Positions 31,053 to 32,000 of a stretch of 32,000 nucleotides of DNA are shown piece by piece; the first letter of the stretch is position 1, and the number at the start of each line of letters is the position of its first letter. Position numbers and translations under genes: made by a program. The notes beneath the pieces were generated by a model. The model was not told the DNA's origin. It did not search any database and saw only the letters and a program-made list of their open reading frames with translations. The DNA is from Prevotella phage Lak-C1: sequence record MK250029.1; one strand, 5' to 3'.

Positions 31053-31451
31053 TTAAGATGTTCTAATAACGTCATAACACCATGCGCAATTTAAGAAATC
31101 TATGTAGACCTGTGAATTTCCATTACTTTCTATTCGTAATCGCACAGTTCCCTTATCATAATCTTGATCAATAACATAGAATGTTACTTGTCTACCTCCT
31201 TTATTATCAGTAAAAACATCACCTGTTTTATAAACCTTATATATCTGAGTTTTTGGACTATAAATTGTTATAACATCAGTATTAAGATTAATTGTTAAAA
31301 CCATATCAGATGATTGCCAATCACCCCAATAGTATTTACCGTTATAAATCTTTGCTTCTGCAAATGATGTTGTTTTATAATATTGAATTTGTGCATGTGA
31401 AGAAATTACAAATCCAAATATCATTAAAAAAATAAAAATAAATTTCTTCAT
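31053..31451 (-). CDS. secreted/periplasmic hypothetical protein, 132 aa
   Basis: N-terminal signal peptide MKKFIFIFLMIFGFVISSHAQ; predicted cleavage after HA. Confidence 0.8.
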   Translation of the reverse strand: MKKFIFIFLMIFGFVISSHAQIQYYKTTSFAEAKIYNGKYYWGDWQSSDMVLTINLNTDVITIYSPKTQIYKVYKTGDVFTDNKGGRQVTFYVIDQDYDKGTVRLRIESNGNSQVYIDFLNCAWCYDVIRTS

Positions 31452-31474
31452 AATAAAATTAATTAAAAAATTAG

Positions 31475-31964
31475 AAGCTTAGATGGGAATCGAACCCATA
31501 AAGTTTTTAATAACTTACCACACTTATTCACATAAGCAATACTTGAGTAAACTAACAGCTCATCTGTATTTGACTACTGATTTTGATATTATCTCATGAT
31601 TACTGACTTTTACTCTCACTACTGTTAACCATTTTTCATTTTTAAGTATTTTGTGGTCTGAACTTTTTTTTACCATATTTAAGTTTGCGCGCTCCTTATT
31701 GTAATACCAAATGCTCAATGATTAGGTGATAGTCTGCAAATTAACTATACTTCGTGTACTTAAACGTAGGTATCTCCTATAAAGTCTCATCACAATTTAT
31801 GCTGTAACACTACAATTTACATTTAAAATAGATTCACGTTCTATTACAATTTAGTGGAATATAATCTATTATCAAAAATAGATTAATATTCATTAGGGAG
31901 ATTTTTATCACTATGTATTTCTAACATGTGTAAATATTTTTTAAACTTATTCCAAATCTAAGCT
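31475..31964 (-). ncRNA. tRNA-ended structured RNA, weak tmRNA (ssrA) candidate
   Basis: 3' T-arm ATGGG-TTCGATT-CCCAT and 3' strand CTAAGCT-T pair with AGCTTAG ~480 nt upstream (9-nt complementarity AAGCTTAGA/TCTAAGCTT). Adjacent AAGTTT/AAACTT and ACAC/GTGT pairing resembles a P2 helix. No G3-U70 and no ALAA-type tag found. Confidence 0.3.
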
Positions 31965-32000
31965 TAACCATGTTTATTATATATTGTTAATATATCAATG

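Noticed and set aside
1-32000. CRISPR arrays, rRNA genes, transposons or integrases
   Set aside because: None recognisable on reading either strand.
1-32000. Firm assignment to a named phage group (Lak-like megaphage or crAss-like)
   Set aside because: Code 15, AT-richness and Bacteroidetes-type promoters fit either kind of phage. No terminase, capsid or DNA polymerase marker in the window allows a firm call.

Overview
The window is AT-rich and almost all genes are on the minus strand. It looks like part of a large Bacteroidetes-infecting phage genome. UAG is very likely reassigned to glutamine (code 15 style): many ORFs break only at in-frame TAG, every CDS end I traced is TAA, and reading TAG as Gln rebuilds complete proteins. 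The rebuilt proteins include a RecA/UvsX-like recombinase, a gp32-like SSB, a dNMP-kinase-like P-loop protein, a tandem nucleoside-deoxyribosyltransferase-like protein and at least six nuclease-type genes. Positions ~300-7700 form a tRNA array with class I and class II tRNAs, interleaved with freestanding homing-type endonucleases. At least two tRNAs, probably three, carry short insertions. Two insertions (79 and 93 nt) sit in the anticodon loop, share a hairpin plus an ATTAAAT linker, and contain a T-arm mimic closed by a 7-8 bp stem. This may be an undescribed small tRNA intron or 'tRNA-within-tRNA' element. Other points: a phage SmpB with a weak tmRNA-like candidate ~19 kb away, a class II tRNA with a CCA (Trp) anticodon, tandem host-type TATCTTTG promoters, and several hairpin terminators. 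The provided ORF track (TAG as stop) fragments many of these genes.
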